Source: Candidatus Hydrogenedentota bacterium (lineage in GTDB: Bacteria > Hydrogenedentota > Hydrogenedentia > Hydrogenedentales > SLHB01). From it: DNA of 64,000 nucleotides. Below the pieces are notes generated by a model. It had not been told where the DNA came from. It did no database searches and saw only the letters and a program-made list of their open reading frames with translations. Positions 39,656 to 50,000 of the stretch are shown here, piece after piece. The stretch's first letter is position 1, and every line of letters begins with the position of its first letter. The translations under genes and the position numbers were made by a program. The stretch spans positions 64,001-128,000 of the forward strand of contig CAVUWV010000012.1 of assembly GCA_963745075.1 (NCBI GenBank), in the 5' to 3' direction.

Positions 39656-41878
39656 TTGAGTACCGCCGGAAAGATTCAACCGGGCCGTCTGTTAGGCAAA
39701 TACCGCATTATCTCGGAGATAGGCCGCGGAGGAATGGGGGTTGTCTATCTGGCCGAGGACACGTCGCTCGACCGCAACGTGGCGCTGAAACTCTTGCCGG
39801 CTGCACTCATGCTGGATGAATCCTTCGCGGCCCGGTTCCGGAAGGAAGCGAAGGCTATCGCAGCGCTCTCCCATCCCAATGTCGTTCACGTTCACGCGTT
39901 CGAAGTGATCGAAGGAATCCCGATCATCGAGATGGAGTATATCGAAGGGGGTTCACTCAGCGAGCGCCTGCGCAAGGAAGTCCTTACCGCCCATACGCTG
40001 GTCAAGTATGCCCACGACGTGGCCGCGGCACTCGGTTTCTGCCATGGGTTGCACGCGGTTCATCGCGACATCAAGCCATCGAACATCCTGATTGACCGGC
40101 TCGACCGCGCGCGGCTAGCCGATTTCGGAATCGCAAAAGCCGTTGCCGAATCGGAGCACCTTTCGCTTACCCATTCCTGGTCCGGTGTTTTTCAGGGCAC
40201 TCCGCACTACGTGCCGCCGGAGGCATGGGAAGGACGTCCGCCTACACCGGGGTGGGACATCTACGGGTTGGGCGTGGTTCTATTCGAATCGTTGACCGGA
40301 GCGCCGCCCTATTCCGCACCCACGCCGCTCGAACTCGTCCGGAAGATCGCGACTACCCCCGTTCCCCCGATCAGAGAATTAAATCCGAAGGTATCCGAAC
40401 CACTCGGCGCGCTGATCGATGAAATGGTGTGCCCAAATCCGGACGAACGGGTAGGTGATGCCGAGCAGGTTCTGCGCCGCTTGGAGGATGTACCGGAATA
40501 CGAGGCGGTCGGCGGCTCGGAGGCCGTGACGCAGACGTTGTCGACCCCTTCGACACCGCGTATTTGGCGAAGTACGACGAGCGCGATTCGCCGGAATCGT
40601 GTGTCATTCGGGGTTCTGGGCGCTGCGGTTCTTCTGGTCCTGCTCGCGATAGGGTATCTCATGCCGCGTCTTCCGCTGCACGCGGACGACACGCGTATGG
40701 GCCCATCGCAGTCCGACATTGGATCGTCAATTGCGGGTCCCACGCAAGACGTAGATCTCCTACTCCCGACGCTTTCGACGGAGGGTTTACTCGGGTTGTC
40801 GAAAGGCGTTACCGGCGGGAACACGCTCGTCTTCGCGGCACGACACCAACCCGATGTCACCGAAGTTTGGCTTGTCTCGTTCACCAGCAGCGGAGACCCC
40901 GTTCAAATTGTCGCCAGCGGTTCCGAAAATGTGGAGTGCCTCGATCTGGTAAAGGAGAGCGAAGACGGCGACTATACCGTACACGGTTCTTGGGCCGGTT
41001 ACTCGGACGAGGCGGGTACCGCATTTCAATATGGCACCGTACAGGGCTCACTCGAATGGCGGCCGGTCCCGGCCAACTTTTACGGTGTCTTGACCTATCA
41101 CTCGGATAAGACCGGGGCCGATTACGACGAGCCGGTAAGTGCGGGCAGGCATCCGGACATTGTCAATGACACACAGTTTGTATATCACTTGGAATCTTCG
41201 GAGTACATTCAGCCGGTTCTGTACAACCAACTGATGCCTCGCGGATTGGAATGGGCCGCATCTATCGACGGCTTATTGCCATGCTTTGTGGGTGGTGTTT
41301 CGCATGTCTCAACGATCACCGAGGCTGCGAATGGCGTATCAAACGATCACGCTGCCTGGGACGAGACGTTTGTAGACGTTGCACCCTTGGACGGGTGGCC
41401 GAAAACGCTCCGTCCAGAACTATATGCGGTATGCACGGCGAAGGCATTGCTTGTGCGTTTCCAGTGGAAAGACCTCGCGGTGGATTCTCCGTTGCTCGAT
41501 TTGCGCGTATTGCGGACGTATCGCGTTCCCTTGTCGGCGAGCCCGGCATTGCGGATCGTGTATGAAGCGAAAAACGACACAACGCGAGAATGCTTTGGCG
41601 GCGACGGCGAAACGCTCGTCGAAGGCGACTGCACATTTCAAACCGGCACGACCGGCGATACAACGTACATCGAAGGCGTGATTCCCCATACCGTGTTTGG
41701 TGACGGCATGGAAGCGCCCGGCGTTGATGACCGGTGGCGACTTAACGCGCTGGTGTACCGCAAGGGCGACACGTCCGGACGCGAAATCATCTGTCGCTGG
41801 GGATTCCCGGACGAGACCGCCGTGCAGCATGGTGCCGTCCTTCGCTTCGACGGGAAAACGGGGAACCCGGCACGATGA
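39656..41878 (+). CDS. Membrane Ser/Thr kinase B, paralog of kinase A
   Basis: GRGGMGVVY, HRDIKPSN, DFG and GTPHYVPPE motifs; TM segment; extracytoplasmic motifs shared with kinase A. Confidence 0.92.
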   Translation: MSTAGKIQPGRLLGKYRIISEIGRGGMGVVYLAEDTSLDRNVALKLLPAALMLDESFAARFRKEAKAIAALSHPNVVHVHAFEVIEGIPIIEMEYIEGGSLSERLRKEVLTAHTLVKYAHDVAAALGFCHGLHAVHRDIKPSNILIDRLDRARLADFGIAKAVAESEHLSLTHSWSGVFQGTPHYVPPEAWEGRPPTPGWDIYGLGVVLFESLTGAPPYSAPTPLELVRKIATTPVPPIRELNPKVSEPLGALIDEMVCPNPDERVGDAEQVLRRLEDVPEYEAVGGSEAVTQTLSTPSTPRIWRSTTSAIRRNRVSFGVLGAAVLLVLLAIGYLMPRLPLHADDTRMGPSQSDIGSSIAGPTQDVDLLLPTLSTEGLLGLSKGVTGGNTLVFAARHQPDVTEVWLVSFTSSGDPVQIVASGSENVECLDLVKESEDGDYTVHGSWAGYSDEAGTAFQYGTVQGSLEWRPVPANFYGVLTYHSDKTGADYDEPVSAGRHPDIVNDTQFVYHLESSEYIQPVLYNQLMPRGLEWAASIDGLLPCFVGGVSHVSTITEAANGVSNDHAAWDETFVDVAPLDGWPKTLRPELYAVCTAKALLVRFQWKDLAVDSPLLDLRVLRTYRVPLSASPALRIVYEAKNDTTRECFGGDGETLVEGDCTFQTGTTGDTTYIEGVIPHTVFGDGMEAPGVDDRWRLNALVYRKGDTSGREIICRWGFPDETAVQHGAVLRFDGKTGNPAR

Positions 41879-43698
41879 ACTGGCAGTTGACGACCAAGAT
41901 CGGAAAACGTAAAGGGGCGAGTTGGCCGATCGGGGAAGGCGCGCTGCTAGTGGGCCGCTCGAAGCGGTGCGACGTGACGGTTCCGGACCCTCACGTATCG
42001 CGCGAGCAGTTTCGATTGATTCAGCGTGACGGTAAGGTCCTGCTCGCACACCTCAGCGCGAACCATCCCACATTGGTGAATGGACGAACCGTGTCCGAAG
42101 TCGTCGTCAATCCCGGGGACGAGATCAATGTGGGGAGTGTGACGTTTATCGTCACCGTCATGAGTGAAGACGAACAGGTTACTCCAGGACTCCTAGATGC
42201 TCACACGCCGGTAACGATGCCGGTGCGTCCGGGTTCCGTGGTGGAACTCTCGGTCGCCGGGGTCGCGCCTCAGGCGAAACCGCGGGATATTCGCGATCTC
42301 GCTACCTTGCACGATCTCGCCATGCAACTTGGCGCTCATTGCACCGAGGCCGAAACGATAGAAACGGTTGTCTCGTTCATCGTACGCAACGTCGCGGTAT
42401 CGGCGTGCTACTGGTTGCGTTCCGATCCGGCGGGTAGTTTGACGGTCGTCCATCCCCCAAATCACGAACTAAGTGAATCGTTGATAGGTGTTGTGCAGGA
42501 AGAACTAAAATCGGGATTGGCCTTGGCACGAACCGTACTTGCGACGGAAGGGGATGGGCCGGAGCGCGATGTCTTCTTTGTGCGGTTTTGCGTGCGGAAC
42601 AACTCGTTTGATCTGGTTTGTCTGGAGTGCGAGCGGCCGTCATCGTTCGACGGCGATTCGGATATCGGATTTGTGCTGGCGATTCTCCGAACGGCCGAGC
42701 CGTATCTGGCGAACGTTGCTAACCCGACCACGGAAGTGGACGCGCTCGCACGCGATACCGAATTGGAAGAAGAGAATTCGCCGCTGGTGGGTCGAACCCC
42801 GGGAATCAAACAGGTGCGCAGGGTTCTTGCCATGGCGGCACGTGCCGAGTTGCCCGTCCTTATCCAAGGTGAGACCGGCACCGGAAAGGAGCTTGCCGCG
42901 CGGCTCCTGTACCAGCTGTCGGCGCGAAGCGATAAGCCTTTGATTGCCGTCAACTGCGCCGCGCTACCGGATTCATTATTTGAGAGCGAGTTCTTCGGGC
43001 ATGAAAAAGGCGCCTTTACCGGCGCGAGCGCTGCGCGGGATGGACTCATGAAGCAAGCAGATGGGGGCGTTTTGTTTCTCGATGAACTTCCCAGCCTCAG
43101 CTTGCAAAACCAAGCCCGATTGCTCCGGGCCATTGAGACCGGCGCTTTCCGGCCGGTCGGCGGTCGGGCCGAAGACTACGCGGACGTATGGGTGATTGCG
43201 GCGTCAAATCGCGACATGTACGATGCCGTCGCGAAAGGCGAGTTCCGGGAAGACTTGTATTACCGGCTTCGGGCTATCGACATTGTGATTCCTCCGCTTC
43301 GCGAACGGAGGGAGGACATCCCGTTGCTCGCGGAGAAATTCATGGAAGAATTCGCCCGGCAAAAGAATACATCTGCGCCTACTTTGGGAAAGAAGGAGTT
43401 TGCGTATCTCAAGTCGCTGGCTTGGCCGGGCAACGTCCGGGAATTGCGCAATCGGATGCAGACCCTGGTTGCCCTGCATCCGGGCAAGCGAATCTTGGTG
43501 GACGATTTGCGTAGCCTGGTGCAACCTTCGTCTCCGTTGCCCGACAGTCTTGAAGAAAGCGTTCAGAACGCAGAGCGCGACTATATCAGCCGTGTGCTCG
43601 GAGAATGCGGCGGGCGCATCTCGACGGCGGCGGAACGGCTCGGAATGCATCGCAATACGTTACGCAAGAAAATGCAGCAATATGGCCTTGGAAAGTAA
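41875..43698 (+). CDS. FHA-(GAF)-AAA+-HTH sigma54 enhancer-binding protein B
   Basis: VGRS..VSRE FHA-like domain, [31 protein letters not shown] and MHRNTLRKK; ATGA overlap with the kinase B stop. Confidence 0.95.
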   Translation: MNWQLTTKIGKRKGASWPIGEGALLVGRSKRCDVTVPDPHVSREQFRLIQRDGKVLLAHLSANHPTLVNGRTVSEVVVNPGDEINVGSVTFIVTVMSEDEQVTPGLLDAHTPVTMPVRPGSVVELSVAGVAPQAKPRDIRDLATLHDLAMQLGAHCTEAETIETVVSFIVRNVAVSACYWLRSDPAGSLTVVHPPNHELSESLIGVVQEELKSGLALARTVLATEGDGPERDVFFVRFCVRNNSFDLVCLECERPSSFDGDSDIGFVLAILRTAEPYLANVANPTTEVDALARDTELEEENSPLVGRTPGIKQVRRVLAMAARAELPVLIQGETGTGKELAARLLYQLSARSDKPLIAVNCAALPDSLFESEFFGHEKGAFTGASAARDGLMKQADGGVLFLDELPSLSLQNQARLLRAIETGAFRPVGGRAEDYADVWVIAASNRDMYDAVAKGEFREDLYYRLRAIDIVIPPLRERREDIPLLAEKFMEEFARQKNTSAPTLGKKEFAYLKSLAWPGNVRELRNRMQTLVALHPGKRILVDDLRSLVQPSSPLPDSLEESVQNAERDYISRVLGECGGRISTAAERLGMHRNTLRKKMQQYGLGK

Positions 43699-43729
43699 TA
43701 CCAAGTGCAACGGCAGGAATCCTGGTGCA

Positions 43730-46522
43730 ATGCAAGCGCGTCGCGTCGCGCTATGTGGATGGATGACGTTCGTGCTGACACTGTCTTGGGGATTCCATAC
43801 TTTCGGGACTGCGATCGCGCAAGACGCTCGCGTGAATCAGGCCCAGTATTCCGTCGCGCTTCAACCGAACCCGGGTTCCAAAATCCACCGGATCATCTCA
43901 TCCGATCGGTACGTATTCTTCTGGGCCGACAACGGGTATTGCGGGGTTGAACTCTGGAAATACGATCCCGTGAACGGTGAAGTCTCGCTGGTTTGCGACA
44001 TCAATCCCGGTTTGTCGGACGGCATATACGCGAACGATTGCGTGGTTTGGAAAGGCGTTCTCTATTTTTCCGCCGCGGACGGCGTCCACGGAATGGAGCT
44101 ATGGCGGAGCGACGGAACGGAGGAAGGAACCTGGCTCGTCAAAGACATCAACGAAATTCGTGACCAGGGGTCCAAGCCCGAGTTGTTCCAGATTCTTAGG
44201 AATTCGCTGATCTTTTTGGCCGACGACGGCGTGCACAACGTTGAGCTTTGGCGCTCGGATGGAACGGCGAAGGGGACTGCCCTTCTGGCAGATATCCAAC
44301 CCCCGAGTTTGGGTAAAGGCACGTTCAATGCGGTCGCGCCATTCGGCGATTTCGCGTTGTTCAGGGCGGCTTCCAAGGCAGACCTGGGAGAACTCTGGCG
44401 AACCGATGGCACGACCGAGGGGACCCACCAAATCGTCGTGGACGAATTGGACATGGGGGCTTTCCAAGGCCCTATCGTGCCCTTGGGGCAGTGCGCCGTG
44501 TTTGTCGGCAAATCACCGGGCGCAGGCGCGGAGTTGTGGCGAACGGACGGAACCCCGGAAGGCACATTTCTGGTGCGAGACATCCGGTCGGGTCCGGCGG
44601 ATTCCAATCCCGCAGACCTTACGGTATTCAAGGGGCGAGTCTTCTTCAAAGCGCAGGACGATAGTCATGGCGCCGAACTTTGGTCGTCCGACGGCACACT
44701 CGAAGGCACCGTGCTTGTCAAAGACATGGTGCCCGGTGGAGAAAGTGGAGAACCGGCCCCGTTTCGCGTTGCGGGTAATTGGATCTTCTTTGTGGCATCA
44801 GACCCGGAGCACGGCCGGGAACTGTGGGTGTCGGATGGAACCGGGGAAGGTACGCAACTTCTCCTGGATGTCATGTCAGGACCCGAAAGTAGCGATCCCT
44901 ATTCGCTTACACCCTTCGGCAATCGCTTGCTGTTCAGCGCGAAAAATCGGGGTATTGGCGAGGAACTCTGGATCAGTGATGGCACGCCGGACGGAACGGT
45001 GCCCGTCAAAGACATTCATGCGGGACCCGAAAGCTCTGAGCCCTATTGGCTGTGTGAACATCAGGGGCGGGTGTATTTTTCAGCCGACGACGGAATACAT
45101 GGTCAAGAACTTTGGCGGACGGACGGGACCCCGGAAGGGACCAGCCTGCTTGCCGATATTGCATGGCCGTACACGCCGCCACCCAGTGCCGATCCTGTAT
45201 TGATTACCGAAGGTCCCGACGGCGCGTACTTCATCGCCCGAGGGGAAGACCAACGCTGGCGTCCCTGTTTTAGTGATGGAACGTGGAATGGCACTTACAT
45301 GTTCCAAGACGCCCCGGCGTTGCAGAAGAAGGATGCCTACTATGCATTGCTTCCCGTAGATGATGGACTCTTTCTGGCGATGAAGGGACCCGATGGACGG
45401 GCGGCAGTGTGGTTCGTGTCCCGAAATCCATTCGGCTCACACGTAGTGGCGCAACTGGGTCTTCGTTCGGCTTCACCGCGACAGGGGCTGCTAATCGCCG
45501 CAGGCGACACGGTCTATTTCCCGGGATATGAGGAAGGCTCCGGCGAGGAATTGTGGAGTGCGGACGTGCGCGGAGACAACGCCGCGTTGGTGCAGGAGAT
45601 TAACCCGGGTGCGTCCGGCTCGTTTCCCGACAATCTGGTGCGGTGGAACGACCTGCTGTGCTTTACCGCCGCCTCCGAAAAATACGGAGAAGAACTATAC
45701 ACATGGGACGGCAACACGGTTCGCATGCTGGCCGATATCAATTCAGGTGAGGCCGGGTCCAATCCCGCGAATTTGCTCCCCAGGTCTAACGGCCTGTACT
45801 GGACAGCCAACGACGGCGTTCACGGTCCTGAAATCTGGATATGCGAAGACCCGGGCGAGCGTCCCCGCATGGTGGCCGACATAAATCCTGTACAGGACGC
45901 GCATGCAATCCCGCCGGCTCACCTCACGCCCGATGGAGAGGTACTCTACTTTGCTGCCGATGACGGCGTTCACGGGACTGAACTTTGGAAAACGAAGGGT
46001 ACGCCTGATTCCACCGAATTAGTCAGGGATCTTTTCTATGGACCGGCTTCGTCGAACCCGAACAACTTGTGCGCGTCGGAGAACCGCCTGTATTTTGCCG
46101 CGGAATCCTTGGAACGAGGCATCGAACTCTACGAGACCGACGGCACGCAGGAAGGCACTTTCCTCGTGCGCGATATGGTCGTAGGGCAGGGCAGCGGGTT
46201 TCCTCACGCGCTCGTGGCGTATGGTGGCCATGTCGTCTTCTGGTCGCAGTGGGAGAGTGACGGTCAGCCGCGCAACCCCCTGGCATTCTGTTGGATCGAC
46301 GGTCGTGACGTTCGCAGCGCCTCGATAGGACTGAATGATCTTGTTGCCGATCCTTCCGATTTCACGCGTGTCGGCGATACCCTCTTTTTCAGTGCCTATA
46401 GCCCGGGCCTGGGCCGTGAACTGTGGAAGTTGCAACGCTGGGGCCCCGACTCTTTCCATTGTGAGCCGGTGAAAGATCTCCGTCCCAACCGCCGCAACGT
46501 CATCCCCGCCCCGCCGCGGTAA
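43730..46522 (+). CDS. Secreted ELWxxDGT-repeat beta-propeller protein B
   Basis: Signal-peptide-like N-terminus and more than 15 ELWxxDGT-type repeats; the start could instead be the ATG at 43682. Confidence 0.9.
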   Translation: MQARRVALCGWMTFVLTLSWGFHTFGTAIAQDARVNQAQYSVALQPNPGSKIHRIISSDRYVFFWADNGYCGVELWKYDPVNGEVSLVCDINPGLSDGIYANDCVVWKGVLYFSAADGVHGMELWRSDGTEEGTWLVKDINEIRDQGSKPELFQILRNSLIFLADDGVHNVELWRSDGTAKGTALLADIQPPSLGKGTFNAVAPFGDFALFRAASKADLGELWRTDGTTEGTHQIVVDELDMGAFQGPIVPLGQCAVFVGKSPGAGAELWRTDGTPEGTFLVRDIRSGPADSNPADLTVFKGRVFFKAQDDSHGAELWSSDGTLEGTVLVKDMVPGGESGEPAPFRVAGNWIFFVASDPEHGRELWVSDGTGEGTQLLLDVMSGPESSDPYSLTPFGNRLLFSAKNRGIGEELWISDGTPDGTVPVKDIHAGPESSEPYWLCEHQGRVYFSADDGIHGQELWRTDGTPEGTSLLADIAWPYTPPPSADPVLITEGPDGAYFIARGEDQRWRPCFSDGTWNGTYMFQDAPALQKKDAYYALLPVDDGLFLAMKGPDGRAAVWFVSRNPFGSHVVAQLGLRSASPRQGLLIAAGDTVYFPGYEEGSGEELWSADVRGDNAALVQEINPGASGSFPDNLVRWNDLLCFTAASEKYGEELYTWDGNTVRMLADINSGEAGSNPANLLPRSNGLYWTANDGVHGPEIWICEDPGERPRMVADINPVQDAHAIPPAHLTPDGEVLYFAADDGVHGTELWKTKGTPDSTELVRDLFYGPASSNPNNLCASENRLYFAAESLERGIELYETDGTQEGTFLVRDMVVGQGSGFPHALVAYGGHVVFWSQWESDGQPRNPLAFCWIDGRDVRSASIGLNDLVADPSDFTRVGDTLFFSAYSPGLGRELWKLQRWGPDSFHCEPVKDLRPNRRNVIPAPPR

Positions 46523-46595
46523 ACACGGTCTCCCCGATCGACGTTATCTTCCATCGCTCGCCACCCGTTCGTTTTCAAACCCGGTCTGTCGGGGG

Positions 46596-46615
46596 ATGCA
46601 CTCTTTAAAGTGCAT
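46596..46615. promoter_or_regulatory. Palindrome ATGCACT-N6-AGTGCAT, candidate enhancer (resembles NtrC-type TGCAC..GTGCA boxes)
   Basis: Inverted repeat about 110 bp upstream of the sigma54 promoter at 46724; further TGTGCGC and ATGCA half-sites at 46631-46665. Confidence 0.5.
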
Positions 46616-46723
46616 TCGTGGCGCGCGGACTGTGCGCTTCCCAATGTGCGCACTTTCCCGATGCATAGTGTAACTCTCATGCAGCGCTAATCTTAGATTG
46701 CGATTGGTTCTCATCTCGGGCAT

Positions 46724-46739
46724 TGGCACTTCACTTGCT
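46724..46739 (+). promoter_or_regulatory. Sigma54 (-24/-12) promoter
   Basis: TGGCACTTCACTTGCT matches the TGGCAC-N5-TTGCW consensus; intergenic, upstream of 47020. Confidence 0.8.
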
Positions 46740-47019
46740 CTCCTACCGTTGCAAGGCGTCCTTATCAATTTGCGCGTAACACGCGGAGGTGGCCCCTGTG
46801 GGCGGCAAAGAGCCCGGAGTCACCGTTAACGCGGAACACCCGCAGCCGGCGGTAATTTAGGCGAACGTCACCGCCACGGGAGGGAGGTGATTCTCACTGG
46901 GTGTGGGTAACGGCGAGGAGGACGTAAGAGACTTGTGTTTTGGAAACGATTGAAAAAGCGCGCACCACGTGGGGTGGTGTGTGTCCAACTACGAGAATCT
47001 CGGAAATGAGGAGGAGACT

Positions 47020-50000
47020 ATGCGATCGAGATTGTATGGCTATGTTGCTGTAGCCGCTGTCGCGTGTTTCGTCGGCTACGCGCTGTGCGACAGTGCGTAC
47101 GGCGACCCGTATCCAATGTTCGGGCACGACGCTCAACACACGAATTACGTTCCCGTCCCGGCCCCATTGGTGGAGCCGGATGTGCTATGGACGGCAACCA
47201 CCGGTGCTTCCGACCTCGTTGGCGGCATTGCGATGAGTCCCGTTGTGGACGATGCGGGGAACACGTTTGCGGCGTTCTTCCATACGGGCAACGACGTTGA
47301 GTATATGGTCGCTATCGACCGCTTCGGTGTAGAGACGTGGCGTGCGGGAATATCTGCCCCCGGGGCGAATCTCAGCAGCCCGTTGCTCGTAAGCGGTGAC
47401 TTGACGTGGTTCATTCAGCAGGGGTGGCTTGTTTCGCTAAACCAGGAAACGGGGGCCGTCAACTGGGCGGTGTATCTTGGCGGCCGCTCGATTTCCTCTC
47501 CCGTGGTGGACAGTGCCGGGAACATTTATGTCGGTGGAAGGCAGGACGGTGGCTTCTACAAAGTGGACTCCGCAACCGGTGCCGTGATTTGGGAATACGT
47601 GGTGACCGGCGGCGCCAGTTCCTCGCCGGCCTTGTCGCTCGATGAAGGAACCGTCTATATCGGCCGGAATCCGAATTCAACCTCGCCCGGCCTCCATGCC
47701 ATTGATGCCGCCACGGGCGCTCTCAAATGGATCTTCAATCCGCCGGGCACCGACTTGGGGTGGACTTCGCCGATGGTCGGAGCCGATGGCACCATCTATC
47801 AGCAGGAAGACTTTACCGGAATCTTGCATGCGCTCCAGGACGACGGCACTTCGTATACCGAGAAGTGGTCATTCGACCCGCTCAATTACAGCGAACCGCC
47901 GCGGATCGCCGCCACCGACGGAAACACGATCTACGTCATCTGCAATACGCCCGAACATACCGTCGTTGCGTTGAACCCGGACGGAACGGAGCAGTGGCGA
48001 ACGTTGCTCGGAGCCAACACCACGTGGGTCAGTGCCCCGCTCGTAACCGATGAGGCTGTGTACATCGTGCGGGAAGGCATGGGCGATATCGCGTGCTTGA
48101 ACAAGAGTGACGGATCGTTCGTGTGGCAGAAACAAGTTGCAACCACCAATTCATGGTTGCTCGCGGCGATTGGCATAGACGGCATGCTCCACGTGACGGC
48201 CTCGGAGCCCCTGGCGGACCCGACGCAGCCTGGTGTGATTGCACTGCGCCAGACGTATCCGGGATTGGCCGACAGTGCCTGGCCCATGCTGGGAAAAGAT
48301 GCGCAACATTCGGGGAACACGGACCGGTTGGGGCCGCTGAGCGAGCCCTGGGTGAAGTGGGAAGCGCACCCCGGAATTCCGTATGCCTATTGCTGGTCCC
48401 AACCTGTACTCGATGAAGACGGCAACCTCTACGTGACGGTTGGGCAAGCGAGCCCCGTCGCAGTGGCAGACCGGGGAGAGTTCCTCTTCTCGTATGATTC
48501 CGATGGTGTTGAGCGCTGGCAGAATGGGCCGCTGCCGACGCGAGGTCCGGGTCTCAGCATCCCGGCCGTCTCAGCCTATAGCAATATCATCGCGGGACTG
48601 CGTTATGGCGCGGTCGCCGCTTTCGAACGAACCGGCGGTCTTCTTCTGGGCTCCGTGTGGGTTGGCGAGAATATGATTTCGTCCCCCGCGATCGCACAGG
48701 ATGGCTACCTCTATGTTGGCGGTCGGAAAGCGGACAACGGCTTCTACAAGGTGAGCCCGGTAGACGGAAGTATTGTCTGGAAGCACGCCCTCGATACAGG
48801 GACCGCGGCATCGCCGGCGTTGTCTCTGGATCAGAGCACCGTGTACGCCGCCGGCAACGAGCCGGGGGATATCAACACGCTTCATGCGATTGACGCGTGG
48901 GACGGCACCGTCAAGTGGACATTCACCCTCACGGGGAGTGGTGGCTTCGGATGGGCATCCCCCGTGGTCGGGCCGGATGGCACTATCTATCAGGAAGACA
49001 GCGACGCGGGTGTCATGCATGCCTTGGTCGACAATGGAGCCTCGTATACCGAAAAGTGGTCCTTCGATACAGCCCGGCCAGGCGATTCACCTCGTGCGCA
49101 GGCCGTCGACGATGATACCGTCTATATCGCGACGGTTGGCCCCGATGCCTTGGTCTATGCCCTCGACTTCAACGGCGTGGTCAAGTGGAACACCATGTTC
49201 CCCGGTGTGGGCTTGATTGGCGTTCCGGTGGTTACCGACGAGGCGGTCTACGTAATCCTGGAGGACGGACTTGGTGGCCGGGTCGTTGGTCTCAATGCGG
49301 ACACCGGTGCCGTGCTGTGGGATAAGCAGGTCGGTTCGTCCGACGCCAGTGCGAGCGAACTCACGCTGGGCGACAACGGCGTGTTGTATTGCGCCATGTA
49401 CGGTACGGACACGCATCCCGATGAGACGACCGTCTTCGCATTGGCGCCCAACAACCCGCCCATCGCCGACGCAGGGAGCGATCAGACGCTCGAAGCGACG
49501 AGTGCCGACGGCGCGTCGGTGGACCTTGACGGCTCGGCCTCCAGCGATCCCGATTCGGCCCAGGGCGACAGCCTGACCTTCGAGTGGTTGGAAGGCGGCG
49601 ACGTGATTGCGACCGGAGAGACGGCGCAGGTTACCCTGCCGTTGGGCACGCACGCAGTCGTCCTGCGTGTCACAGACTCGCGCGGTGCGACTGACGAAGA
49701 TACTGTCGAGATCACGGTGCAGGACACGACCGCTCCGACGTTATCACTAAGCGCTTCGCCCCACTGTCTGTTCCCGCCGAACCACAAGATGGCGGATATC
49801 GCGATCGCTGCAACGATTGACGATGACGGGGATTCGGCGCCGGTACTGACCCTTCTGTCCGTAACCAACAACGAAGGCGACGATATGGTTGATGGCGGTG
49901 ACGGCAACACGACGCACGACATCCAGAATGTCGAGCTTGGTACGGCGGACGTTGCGGTTTCCCTGCGCTCCGAACGTCGAGGCAATGGGGATGGCCGTAT

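Noticed and set aside
43400..43681. Long N-terminal extension of ELWxxDGT protein B
   Set aside because: It overlaps the activator B coding sequence out of frame; the signal peptide begins near 43730.
34938..46500. Repeated DNA motifs (GAACTCTGGCG..GACGG) suggesting a CRISPR-like array
   Set aside because: They are the coding ELWxxDGT protein repeats, degenerate at third codon positions, with no constant repeat/spacer structure.
46790..46880. Possible c-di-GMP-I riboswitch (GGCAAA-containing hairpin)
   Set aside because: It lacks the GNRA tetraloop/receptor and the GCAAAGC second-stem pattern.
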